Source of the DNA: Emiliania huxleyi CCMP1516
Lineage: Eukaryota
DNA: 64,000 nt
Assembly (NCBI RefSeq): GCF_000372725.1
Contig: NW_005201123.1
Location: 62,001-126,000 of the forward strand
Direction of reading: 5' to 3'
The translations under genes were made by a program, and so were the position numbers. The notes beneath the pieces are model-generated. The model saw only the letters and a program-made list of their open reading frames with translations. It was not told the origin of the DNA and searched no databases. Positions 33,679 through 43,483 of the stretch are shown here, piece by piece. Every line of letters starts with the position of its first letter. Position 1 is the first letter of the stretch.

Positions 33679-35127
33679 ATGTCCAAACCGCCGCGCCGCT
33701 CGCGCCGCTCGCACCACCTCGCCGCCGCCTCCACCGCCGCGCCCTCGCCAGACACGCCGCCGCCCACCCGCCTCCTCGACCTCCCCACGGACCTCCTCGC
33801 GCGCGTCCTCTCCAGCTTCGAACGCCCCGCCGACATCGCTCGCGTCGCGGCCGTCTCGCTGCTCTTCCACGCCTCGCTCGCTTTGGAGGCCATCCGCTTG
33901 TGGGCGCAAGAGCGCGGCTTCGAGCTGCCGGCGCAGCCAGAGGGCGAGGGCTGCGCCGTGCGGTGGCTGTGCTTCGCTGCGCTGCTGTGCGAGTCCAACC
34001 CGCCGGCGAGGGCGGCGGCAGGCTCCTCCCACAGCCTCTTCATCGACGGCGAGGGGCGGCTCTCGTCGTGCGGCTCGGCGCCACACGACTACCAAGGGCG
34101 ACTCGGTCACGGCGAGGGCGTGACGCGGCTCAACACGCCGACCCGCCTCCCGTCGGCGCTGGGCGGCGAGCGCGCCGTGAGCGTGTCTGTTGGCGAGGGT
34201 CACAGCCTAGCCCTCACCGCCGACGGAGCTGTGTGGAGCTGGGGCTGGGGAAGCTCAGGCCGGTTGGGCCACGGCGACGAGCAGGACCAGTGGCAACCAG
34301 AGAAGATCGAGGCCTTTGCTGGCCAGCGCGTCGTCGCTGTGTCGGCTGGACGCGGCCACAGCCTCGCCCTCACCGCCGACGGAGCTGTCTGGAGCTGGGG
34401 CTCGGACTACTCGGGCTCTGTTCCAGGGCTACTCGGGCGCGGCGAGGGCGTGACGCAGCTCAACATGCCGACCCTCCTCCCTTCTTCGACACTGGGTGGC
34501 GAGCGCGTCGTGAGCGCGGCGGCAGGAGCTTGCCACAGCCTCACCCTCGCCGCCGACGGCGCCGTTTGGAGCTGGGGCAGGGGAGTCGATGGCAGGCTGG
34601 GCCACGGCGACGAGCAGAATCAGCTGCTGCCGAAGAAGATCGAGGCCTTGGCTGACCAGCGCGTCGTCGCTGTGTCGGCTGGGTGGATGCACAGCCTCGC
34701 CATCACCGCCAACGGCGCCCTCTGGAGCTGGGGCGGTGGATACTATGGCCAGCTGGGCCTCGGGGACGAGCAGAAGCAACTGCTGCCCACGAAGGTCGAG
34801 GCCTTTGCTGGCCAGCGCGTCGTCGCTGCGTCGGCTGGTGCTACGTACAGCCTCGCCCTCACCGCCGACGGCGCCGTCTGGAGCTGGGGCTCTGGAGCTT
34901 GGGGCCAGTTGGGCCACGGCGACGAGCAGAACCAGCTGCTGCCCAAGAAGGTCGAGGCCTTTGCTGGCCAGCGCGTCGTCGCTGCGTCGGCTGGAGGCAT
35001 GTCCAGCCTCGCCCTTACCGCCGACGGAGCCGTCTGGAGCTGGGGCTTTGGTGAGGATGGCAGTCTGGGCCACGGCGAGGACGAGTCGAGCCAGCTGCTG
35101 CCCAAGAAGATCGAGGGCTGGGCGTGA
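33679..35127 (+). CDS. F-box-like + 7 RCC1 repeats, intronless (diverged paralog, copy 3)
   Basis: ATG 33679 (MSKPPRRSRR), LLDLPTDLLARVLS F-box motif, seven RCC1 blades, stop 35125-35127. Confidence 0.9.
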   Translation: MSKPPRRSRRSHHLAAASTAAPSPDTPPPTRLLDLPTDLLARVLSSFERPADIARVAAVSLLFHASLALEAIRLWAQERGFELPAQPEGEGCAVRWLCFAALLCESNPPARAAAGSSHSLFIDGEGRLSSCGSAPHDYQGRLGHGEGVTRLNTPTRLPSALGGERAVSVSVGEGHSLALTADGAVWSWGWGSSGRLGHGDEQDQWQPEKIEAFAGQRVVAVSAGRGHSLALTADGAVWSWGSDYSGSVPGLLGRGEGVTQLNMPTLLPSSTLGGERVVSAAAGACHSLTLAADGAVWSWGRGVDGRLGHGDEQNQLLPKKIEALADQRVVAVSAGWMHSLAITANGALWSWGGGYYGQLGLGDEQKQLLPTKVEAFAGQRVVAASAGATYSLALTADGAVWSWGSGAWGQLGHGDEQNQLLPKKVEAFAGQRVVAASAGGMSSLALTADGAVWSWGFGEDGSLGHGEDESSQLLPKKIEGWA

Positions 35128-35769
35128 AAGGGCGTGCCGTTTTGCGTGCGCGTGCGAGTTTTGTAAACAGACACGAGAGGGACCCAGGTACCAAAACCAA
35201 CGAGAGGCATGCCGCGCGGATTTGCCACACACGTATCGGCGAAACAGTAGGCCGACATGCCCCGTCTTTGTGAGCGCAAACACCGAACACACGGCGGGGC
35301 ACAGAGTGCCACTGATCAGTGCAGAGCACGTTGGTCGTTGGGTATAGATGGCTACAAATAAACCTTAACGCGCGGCCACAACCCGCACACACTCTCCGTC
35401 CACCGTACCTCCCGGTCACCCGCCCCGCGAGTTTCGCCGCGCGACGTGCATTATGCTCGCGGTGATGGTCCTGCTCAGCTGCACCGTCTGCGACGACTCC
35501 GCCGCCGCCGCGCCCGCCTCGCCGTCGGCGTCGGCGCTGGCCAACGCGTTGCCCGCCTCGCTGACGAGCGACAGGTAGCCGTATCGCCCCACCGCGTCGC
35601 ACCGCTCGTCCGACGCGGCGATGAGCCGCTCGTGCGTGGCGGAGGCGAACTGTATCCTGCGCAGGCAGGGCAAGCGGGGGCGGGGGGCACTCCCCCTGGT
35701 CTGATACTGGGGTGTGACTGTCTCCAGTCTCGGAGGGGGGCAAAAAGATAATTATATCTATTTTTTCCA

Positions 35770-36160
35770 GATGGCTCCTCTCAGATGGAAGCAGGAAGCT
35801 TCCATCCCGAGATCGGTGGTTCGACTCCACGACGGTCGTAGGTGATGGGTCATAGGGCCTTGAGGTCTGAAGCTCACCCATTGAGGAAGTGAGGAACTGC
35901 TCGACCCACCCTGATCATGCTGAACGAGTTCCTCTTGTAGCTCGATCGGTCACACCGCCACCGCCGCCGACGTCTCCCCGTGAGACGACGGAGAGGGGGG
36001 AGGGGGGGACGACACTGCTTCCAGCAGCGTGCACCTCGATCCTGAACCGTGTTTGTTATGACCCCCCCAAAGGAACACACCAGCGAGGGAGGGCGAGACG
36101 ATCGAGGGGTCGTACCATGCGGAATCGACCCTATCTACTCACCAGTGCTCAAGTGCTCAA
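35770..36160 (+). mobile_element. SINE-like element, possibly full length with a tRNA-like head
   Basis: B-box/T-arm GTGG-TTCGACT-CCAC at 35816-35830; body homologous to 7044-7263; 3' stem-loop plus (GTGCTCAA)2. Confidence 0.65.
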
Positions 36161-36552
36161 CAAAAGGCGGTCGCGCGATTTTCACCCGCACCCCTCGAGC
36201 CTCGTTGGCCTTTCGCTTTCTCTTTTTATTTATTTATTACACTTTATACACGACGTGTGCCGTGTGAAGACGGCAAAAGCGAAAAGGAAAGCGTCTACCC
36301 CCCGCGTCTCTCGGTGTTGTATCCGTCGGGGCACAGGGGTCAGGGCGCCCCGCGGCTCCTCTGGGGACTCTGCGCGTCCGTGTCGTGTGTGTGTGTGTTC
36401 TGATTCAAGTGTGGACGTGCTCTCTAAGTCTACAACCACTGTGATCTGTGTCTCTGTCACACAGCTGTTCGCGCCGCGGGCGAGCGAATGAGGATGTCAC
36501 AGGCACAATTTGAAAAAAGTGATTCATGCTTGTGCCGGTCATCGCTGGCCTG

Positions 36553-37555
36553 TCAGCTCTCAGCCAGACTGCCCAGACTGCCCAGCCAGCGGCCCAAGTC
36601 GCATGGCGAGGCCTCCTCGTCGTCCACGCGGCACAGGGACGGCCGCATGAGCAGCGGGTCCACCGCCGCCTGCCGCCCTTGCGTGACATAGTTGACGAGG
36701 AAGCGCTCGTCAGCGGGCGCCGGAAGCGTGCCGTCGCCGCCCGAGTCGGACGCACCCGCACTGGTGAGCTGACGGTAGGCGAGCCTGGCGCCCCGCGTGA
36801 GCGCCTCGAGCCGCGCGTACTGCTCAGACGCGCCGTCGTGGTTGAGCACCGCGACCACGGACGTCTTGGCAGAGCGCTTGAGCGCGCGAGAGAGCGCCTT
36901 GCGTGTCATGGCAAAGACGAGCAGCACCTCCTTGTCGCGGTCCTCGTGCTGCAGCGTCGATGCCTTGGCGGCTTCGTCGTAGACCCACACCTGCTTCTTG
37001 GCGCAGAGGGTGATCAGCTGCGAGACCATGTCGTCGAGGCCCGCCTCCGCCGTGATGCGCTCGATGTTGTGCGCCTACGCTGGTGAACACGCAAACCTCA
37101 GTGTCGTAGCACCGTGTGAAGACGAGGGGTACGACTACAGCGCATGCTGCTGAATACGGTCGAATACAGCGGAGCACGTGCCCTCTGGAGCGCCAGTCGG
37201 AATACAAGAGTACGTGTATTCAGCTTCTAGGGTTGTGTACCACGATGAGCACCTTGGCCTTGTTCGACTTGAGCGCGCGCGCCACCTCGCGGAGGCCGCA
37301 CACGAAGCGCTTCTTCTGCGAAGCCTTGAGCGGGTCTCGAAGGTACAGCCGCTCCTGGAAGCGCTGCACCTCGGCCAGCAGCGCGCACGCAGCCTCGTTG
37401 ACAGCGGGCACCACCAGCTGCTCGCAGTACTCACGCACCAACCTCGGGTTGGCCACCGCCTCGGCGGGGCGCTTCAGCTCGCGCTTCGGCTTGCCCTCGC
37501 CACCGCCGCCGCCGCCGCCGCCACGCTCGTCGTCACTGCCCTCGCCACCGCTACC

Positions 37556-37597
<42 letters not shown>

Positions 37598-40298
37598 CTC
37601 GCCGCCGCCCTCCCTCCACCATGTCGCGTCCCCTCGACGCTTGCGCCGCCCTTGTCTCCGTGAGAGCCAAGCGGAGATGCGGCGGCGCTCGCCACCAGTG
37701 CGCCCGCCCCCTCCTCCTCCCTCCGCAGCCGATCTTCCGCGTACTCCTCCAGCTCCGCGTAGGCCGGCAGCACCACGCCCGCCCCACCGCTCCCCCCATC
37801 GCCGCCGCCGGGGGCGGCAGCCTCGCTGCGCGCGAGGAGCTCGAGCAAGATGCGCTTCTTCATCTGCGACAGCCGCACCTTTTTGGGGCCTTCCTTCTCC
37901 TTGCCGCGCTTCTGCGTCCGCCCCAAGCCTGACGTCAGTCCTTCACCCGGCCGCTGCCGCGGGGCGCTCTTCGCCCGGCCGGATGCGGCAAGCGCCGGCG
38001 TCTTGGCCGACTTTGCCGAGCCGGGGCCCTTCAATTTGGCTGCTGTGGCAACGCCGCCGCCAGGCTTGGCGAGGTCCAAAAAGTCGAAGAGCGAGACGTT
38101 CTTCTGCGGCTTGGGCTTGGACCCGGGTGGGTTCGCCATTGGCAGGCCGCGCGCGGCGGCGCGCTCAGCGCCCGCCTTCATCGCTGCCACGGTCTCCGGC
38201 GAGAGCTTGTGCAATCCTAAACGCAGAGGCGCGGTCTTGGGGCTCGCCAGGGGCGTGTCGCCGCAACGAGCGTACGCGCCGCCGGAAGGGGTGGGCTTGG
38301 ACTCTACACGCGCCACCGCCGCCTCGCCGCCCTTGCGCGCGGACTTGCTCCCTCGCGCCACTGGCAGAAACTCGCCCTCCCCGCCCCCGCCACTCGCCGT
38401 CGCCACGGCTGCCGCCGCCACCGGAGACGCCGGAGACGCGGCCGCCGCCGCACCGGCCGCGCTTCCCGCCGCCGCGCCCGCCACGCTTGCGCCGCCGCGC
38501 GTCCAGCAGGAAGGCGGCGTCGGCACCGCTGCTGCGCGCGGCGCACCTGGCAGGCAAACGACCCGGCTTCACGGAGCAGCACAAACGGGCGCGCGGCCGG
38601 CGGGCAGCAGACAAGACCAGCGCCAAGCGCGGGAAACGCGCCGCCCGGTGGCGCCGCCGCGCTCGCGGCTGCACCGCCGTCTCTGGCACCGCCGGCCGTG
38701 GCACCGGCGCCGCCGGCCGCTCCGCCCGCATTGCGAATGTAAATTTTCCGCCTGCCCCCTGCGTCGTCCGCAGCTCCCAGCCGCGGGAACGACTCGCTCG
38801 CGGTGGCGGGCTGGGAAGCGCCGCCCCAGCGAGGCTTGACCAAGGCCGCCCACGACTTCTCCGCCCCCCCAGACTCTTGCCCGCTCACTGCCGCGGCCGC
38901 AGGGGCCGGATGCCGGCTCTCCGCCTGTCGTTTCGGCACAAGCGCCGGCGGCGCTGCCACCGCGCCTCCCGATCCGGAGCCTCCTGCCTCCGAAGCGGGC
39001 CTGCGCTCGGTCTCCTGCAGGCCGAGGGGCGCCCTGAGCTGAGACGAGGCAGCATTGTTGAGTGTGTGTGAGTGGGTGGTGGTGGTGGTGTGTGTGTGTG
39101 TGTGGGGGGGGGGGGGTTCACACCGCCCTCATCCCCGCGGCCGCCTCCGGATCCAGCCGGTGAACTTGTAAACGGCCGGCCTGCGGCGCGGCCGCCGCCG
39201 CGTCGCGCGGCCGCCGCGCCAGCTCAGCCCACGAAGGACGCGGCGGCGCGGCGGCTGGCGGAGGGGTCGCCACCGCAGCCGCCGAGCGCGAAGACGACTT
39301 CCGGGGGCCGGCCTGCGCGCGTGACGGGGGGGGGGGGGGGGGGTTCAGGGACGAATGCCGGGCGGTGCGATGCAACGTGTCGGGTGCAATTCCAGGTGGC
39401 GTTGAAGCGCCTGGGCACTCCTAGCTGGAGCGGTGGGCGCAGCGCCCGCCTCTTGCGCCGCTGCCGCGGCTGCCTGTCCTCGCCGCTCCTTCTTACCGCC
39501 CCCCCTGCCGCCGCCGGATGACGCCGCCTCACGTGCGCTGCCCGCCGCGCTACTCTGCGAAGCACCGGCGGCGGGGAGATCCGCGACGGCCGCCTGAGCT
39601 TGCACAAATGGCGCCTCAGGGCGGACTAGGGGCTTGGCGCATCGGCTCCACACCAACAGGCTGCATCAGCTCGCGTGCCGTCCCGGCATGCCGCCCCCGC
39701 CTTGTCGCGAGCGCGCGAGCGCTTGGTCCGCGCCTTTAGGTTGAAACACTCCGGTCAGTGTACCTGTCGCAGCGGTGCCTGCAGCGCGGCTCGGCTTGGC
39801 CTTGGCAGGCTCACGGTAGTAGCCAAGCCCTTGCTCGCCCTGCTTGAAGACCCACCCGGACCTCGCCCCGCAGAATGCGCCGACCGCCTCAAACATCGCC
39901 TCGCCAGCCGCTCCGCCCTGCTCCTCTCCCGCCCCCGCCTCGCCGTCCTTTTCCCGTCCCATGCCGCGACCGCCGGCGCCGGCGCCGCCCGACTGAGAGA
40001 CCGCGAGGTCCCTTTTGTGGAGCGGCAGCCCGCAGAGCGGCTCAGGTAGGGGCACGTAGTCCCAGCCTGTGGCGTCGGCGAAGTCGGGCGGTTCGCCGCC
40101 AGCGTACGGCGACGGAGGCACTCCGGGGTAGCCAAAGGCGCATGCCGACGCCGCACTCAGCGCCTGAGCGCCCCAGTATCCAAAGCTGGCCGCCGTGGCG
40201 GCGCCTGGCGCGCCAAAGGAGGGAACGAACTCGCAGGCGTTCGCGTTGAGCGAAACAGGCGCCGGCTCGGGCGCGGATTCTGTCTGGCTGTCGCCCAT
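36553..40298 (-). CDS. SECISBP2: SECIS-binding protein 2 (SBP2-like), multi-exon
   Basis: K-rich motif KKVRLSQMKKRILLE; REYCEQL…LLAEVQRFQERLYLRDPLKASQKKRFVCGLREV…VLIV/AHNIE; L7Ae end VFAMTRKALSRALKRSAKTSVVAVLNHDGA; N-terminal LNANACEFVP. Confidence 0.92.
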
Positions 40299-40890
40299 GG
40301 CCGGCTCCGCGGACAGAATCCGCGCCCAGCGGTGGCGGCGGAGGCGGCGGTGGCGAATCCAGCGCAAGAGGCTTGCCCGCCAAAAGAAAGCACAGCCCTG
40401 CGGGCGGCCTTCTCTCGAGGTCTCGACAGAGCACCTTCGGCCGGGGTACTGATGCGTCAAACCTGCGTCAGCGTGCGCGCGATAGGGCGAACCGGCTCGT
40501 CGCGCCGAAGGTCAAATCGCGGCTTCACTTCCATGGAGCCGCGCTGTCGGCGGATACACGCCGGCCAAGAGCGGGAGCGCCAGAGAGAAGACAAAAGGCA
40601 ACATGTAGCAAAGCTCTCTCTAACGCCGCGGCCAAAAGAGACCGCGGACCTTGAATTTCGGCGGCGCCGAAATTCACACAAGACTGTGAACACACCCACA
40701 GGACGCCGAGTACAAGACAATAGGAAGGGAGTGTACTCAGGCAGTCAGGGACGGGTGAGTTCAAGGACATACTAAGAGCACCTAAAGGAGCAAGGCATAG
40801 CTGTGAAGTGGTTTCCACTGGACACGCGCCCGCCCCGTAAAAACCCCGTATCCTAACTCGAGTCGTGGGAGGTAGGTACAGCCTCGCGCA

Positions 40891-42045
40891 ATGGACGACG
40901 GCATACGACGCTGGGGTGGACAACCTCTGACGCAAACGCCTCTCATGGTGCTGCACATTGGCAAGTGTGGCGGCGGATCAGTGACTGCACGTCTGCGAGC
41001 GGACTTCGAGAAGTACAATTGGTCTGTTCCAAATCCTGGCGCTGGGGAAGAGCGCCGCGTGAGGTTTCAAGAGCACACGATCCCAGGCATTTGCCATCCC
41101 AGCGCAGCGAACATGTCGGTTTGCCCAGGATATGCTGGCAGATTGTGGTGTTCAGCGGTCACGCCCCTCGGCATGGCTGTCGGCTGTGGTCTCACGCCCA
41201 AACTTGACCAGCGCCATGCCTCACAAGGCTGTGCGAGGCAAGGCAGTGCTGGGAAGTGCGACATCGTATTCACGACGCACATGCTCCTCGGAGCCGAGCT
41301 GTCCGTCCTCCCTGAGACCACGATTACAAAGGCCGCTCATGACTTCGAACCATCCATGAAAATGACGCCCACCCTCCGCTACGCTTCAGCGACGGCAAAG
41401 GCTGAGACGCGTGACCGTAAGCATGTCCACAGCAACGTTTCAAAGACAGCAGACAAACGCGGCGGCCTCGACACGCATGTGTGGCGCGCCTTTGCACAGT
41501 CGGGGGTGCCGACATGGGCCAGCTTCTACTCGTCGCTTCCTGTGCTTCGCACAGTGGTGGGGCGAGAGCCCTTCTCCTATCTCGCGTCAGTCCATGATTG
41601 GCATTGGCTCAAGACGGACTGCAGGGTGGACATGGAGTGGGCTGAGGTATTCGCACGCCAGTACATGATGGCGCTGTGTGGTATCGATTGTCCGGGCCGA
41701 CTGGCGGAGGGGTTGGCGACAATCACGCAGCTTGAGCGTCAAGCGGATGACAACTTGAAACAGTCTTTTGCCGTGGTTGGACTTTTGAACAACTTCTCCC
41801 AGTTTGAGTCCATGATGAGGAAGAGATTCGCATACACCGCCACTTTTGGCCTGGGCAAGGTTAAAGGGCGAAAGCACGGCTCCAAAGGCAATTCAAACAA
41901 CTCCAAATGTAAAGCTGCCTTCACGGATGCCAGCGTTCGGGCGCTATGGATCGAACGATCCTCCGCAGTGCAGATGCTCTTGCGACTCCACAGAACTGCT
42001 GTTCGAGTCAACGGGGTCCAGGCCAGCGAGTTACAAGTTGCTTAA
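40891..42045 (+). CDS. Sulfotransferase family protein, intronless
   Basis: 5'-PAPS loop LHIGKCGGGS, 3'-PAPS motif VVGREPFSYLAS, NLKQSFAVVGLL. Confidence 0.78.
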   Translation: MDDGIRRWGGQPLTQTPLMVLHIGKCGGGSVTARLRADFEKYNWSVPNPGAGEERRVRFQEHTIPGICHPSAANMSVCPGYAGRLWCSAVTPLGMAVGCGLTPKLDQRHASQGCARQGSAGKCDIVFTTHMLLGAELSVLPETTITKAAHDFEPSMKMTPTLRYASATAKAETRDRKHVHSNVSKTADKRGGLDTHVWRAFAQSGVPTWASFYSSLPVLRTVVGREPFSYLASVHDWHWLKTDCRVDMEWAEVFARQYMMALCGIDCPGRLAEGLATITQLERQADDNLKQSFAVVGLLNNFSQFESMMRKRFAYTATFGLGKVKGRKHGSKGNSNNSKCKAAFTDASVRALWIERSSAVQMLLRLHRTAVRVNGVQASELQVA

Positions 42046-42880
42046 TTGAACTTCAGAAGGCTAGCACTGTAAGCAATGAGGGGAAACGCGATCCCTGTCA
42101 ACAAGCACGGCGAGGCATACGGTGGCTTGATCGCATGAACCACCACCACCGTGCGAGAGAGCTGCACTTTACCAGGTGTCCGGCCGCGCCGGATAGCGTA
42201 GGCTAATGAGTCGGCAGGCCATGCGCCGCACTCGGCAGTCTCGACCCTCCGGCCGCCGGCAGCTGCGTAGGGGGCAGAGCGCTGGTGGCCAGAATGCTAA
42301 ATTGACACGTTCGCACCCGATTCATCGTAGAATGTGGGTCTGTGTGTGTCGGTGCGTCGCTCTACTCGGGGAAAAGTGGGACGAGCCAGGGAAAAGATGC
42401 GTCTGCAGCATGCGCGCCCTCCGGTCGTTGCGCATGTGAGAGTTTTCCACGCAACAGGCCTCAGGCGCATGTGGTTATCTCTTTTAGAAACGCGTGTACG
42501 AAGATGGTACGTACAAACCCAACGTCGACGCAACGTAAGTCTCTGCCACCCGCTGGCGAACCCGCCTCCCAGAGTCGACTACAAATGGCACAATGCGCTC
42601 GCTCAACCAAGAACCATCGAGTCCCCAAGATACGAATCTGCGAGGCGTGGCCGCTTATCTTATGCGGCCCGATGGGGAGGGACGGACGGGGCGGACTACG
42701 GGGATCGGCTTCTTACACCGCCTTTCCTTTCAGCGAGCCCCCTCCAACCCACCCGCGCTAGGTGCCTAGGTCTCGGGGGACGCAGGGGTCACACCCGACG
42801 ACCTCGGGAACTAGCCGGGGCAGTCGGAGAAGGGGCAACTCCGTGCACTGACGGTCGGCCGTCAGAAAACAGTCAAGCAG

Positions 42881-43445
42881 GATTCGAGCTGTTTGGGGGG
42901 AAGGGTATAGGGGTGGGGTGCCGGGTTTGGAGTAGGGGGGTAGGGGGTAAGGGGTCAGCGGCGAGGCCCGACGGAGGGTAGGGGGGTAGGGGGTGCCGGT
43001 GTGAGTTGCGTGTGGGCCGAACTGTGAATTACGTTACTGTTGAAGTCCGTCGCGGCCGAGCCCACCAACCGAGCACATCGCTCATCGGCGTCGGAGTTTA
43101 TGCCGGGGTCGTTCGATCATCTCCACCAGTTGGAGGCCGATGGTTGCTGCCGCATTGTCTCGGCGGCCGACAAGCTCCAGCTCGTGCGCAGCTCGTGCAA
43201 CGGCACCCTCGCATCGCGCATTGAGGAGCTCGACGTGGCGCTGGCGCCTCACGCGTTGTCCGCATGATGGAAGGCCGCGCACCGCCGCTTGCTGCTTTGC
43301 GCGGAGATGGGCAAGACGTGAGCAAGCTTTCGGCGCTCAAGAAGGTCGCCGTCGCGCTCATGGCCCGAAACCACATACCACAACGACCGACGGCTGATGT
43401 TACGATCGGCACAATCCCTACCCTTCCCCCCAAACAGCTCGAATC
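42881..43445. mobile_element. Non-autonomous TIR DNA transposon with 3-bp CAG TSD (PIF/Harbinger- or CMC-like)
   Basis: 27-bp perfect TIR GATTCGAGCTGTTTGGGGGGAAGGGTA; CAG at 42878-42880 and 43446-43448. Confidence 0.78.
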
Positions 43446-43483
43446 CAGAGAAGGGATCTGACCGGCCGCTGTACCCCCAAGCG

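Noticed and set aside
35416..35660. Independent minus-strand gene
   Set aside because: Single exon-like segment with no start or family motif; insufficient support
35770..35840. Functional tRNA gene
   Set aside because: Only a T-arm-like motif; no acceptor stem or proper D and anticodon arms could be built
37116..39071. 651-aa plus-strand ORF and similar long Arg/Pro/Ala-rich ORFs
   Set aside because: Antisense shadows of GC-rich genes (here SBP2); stop codons are rare at this composition
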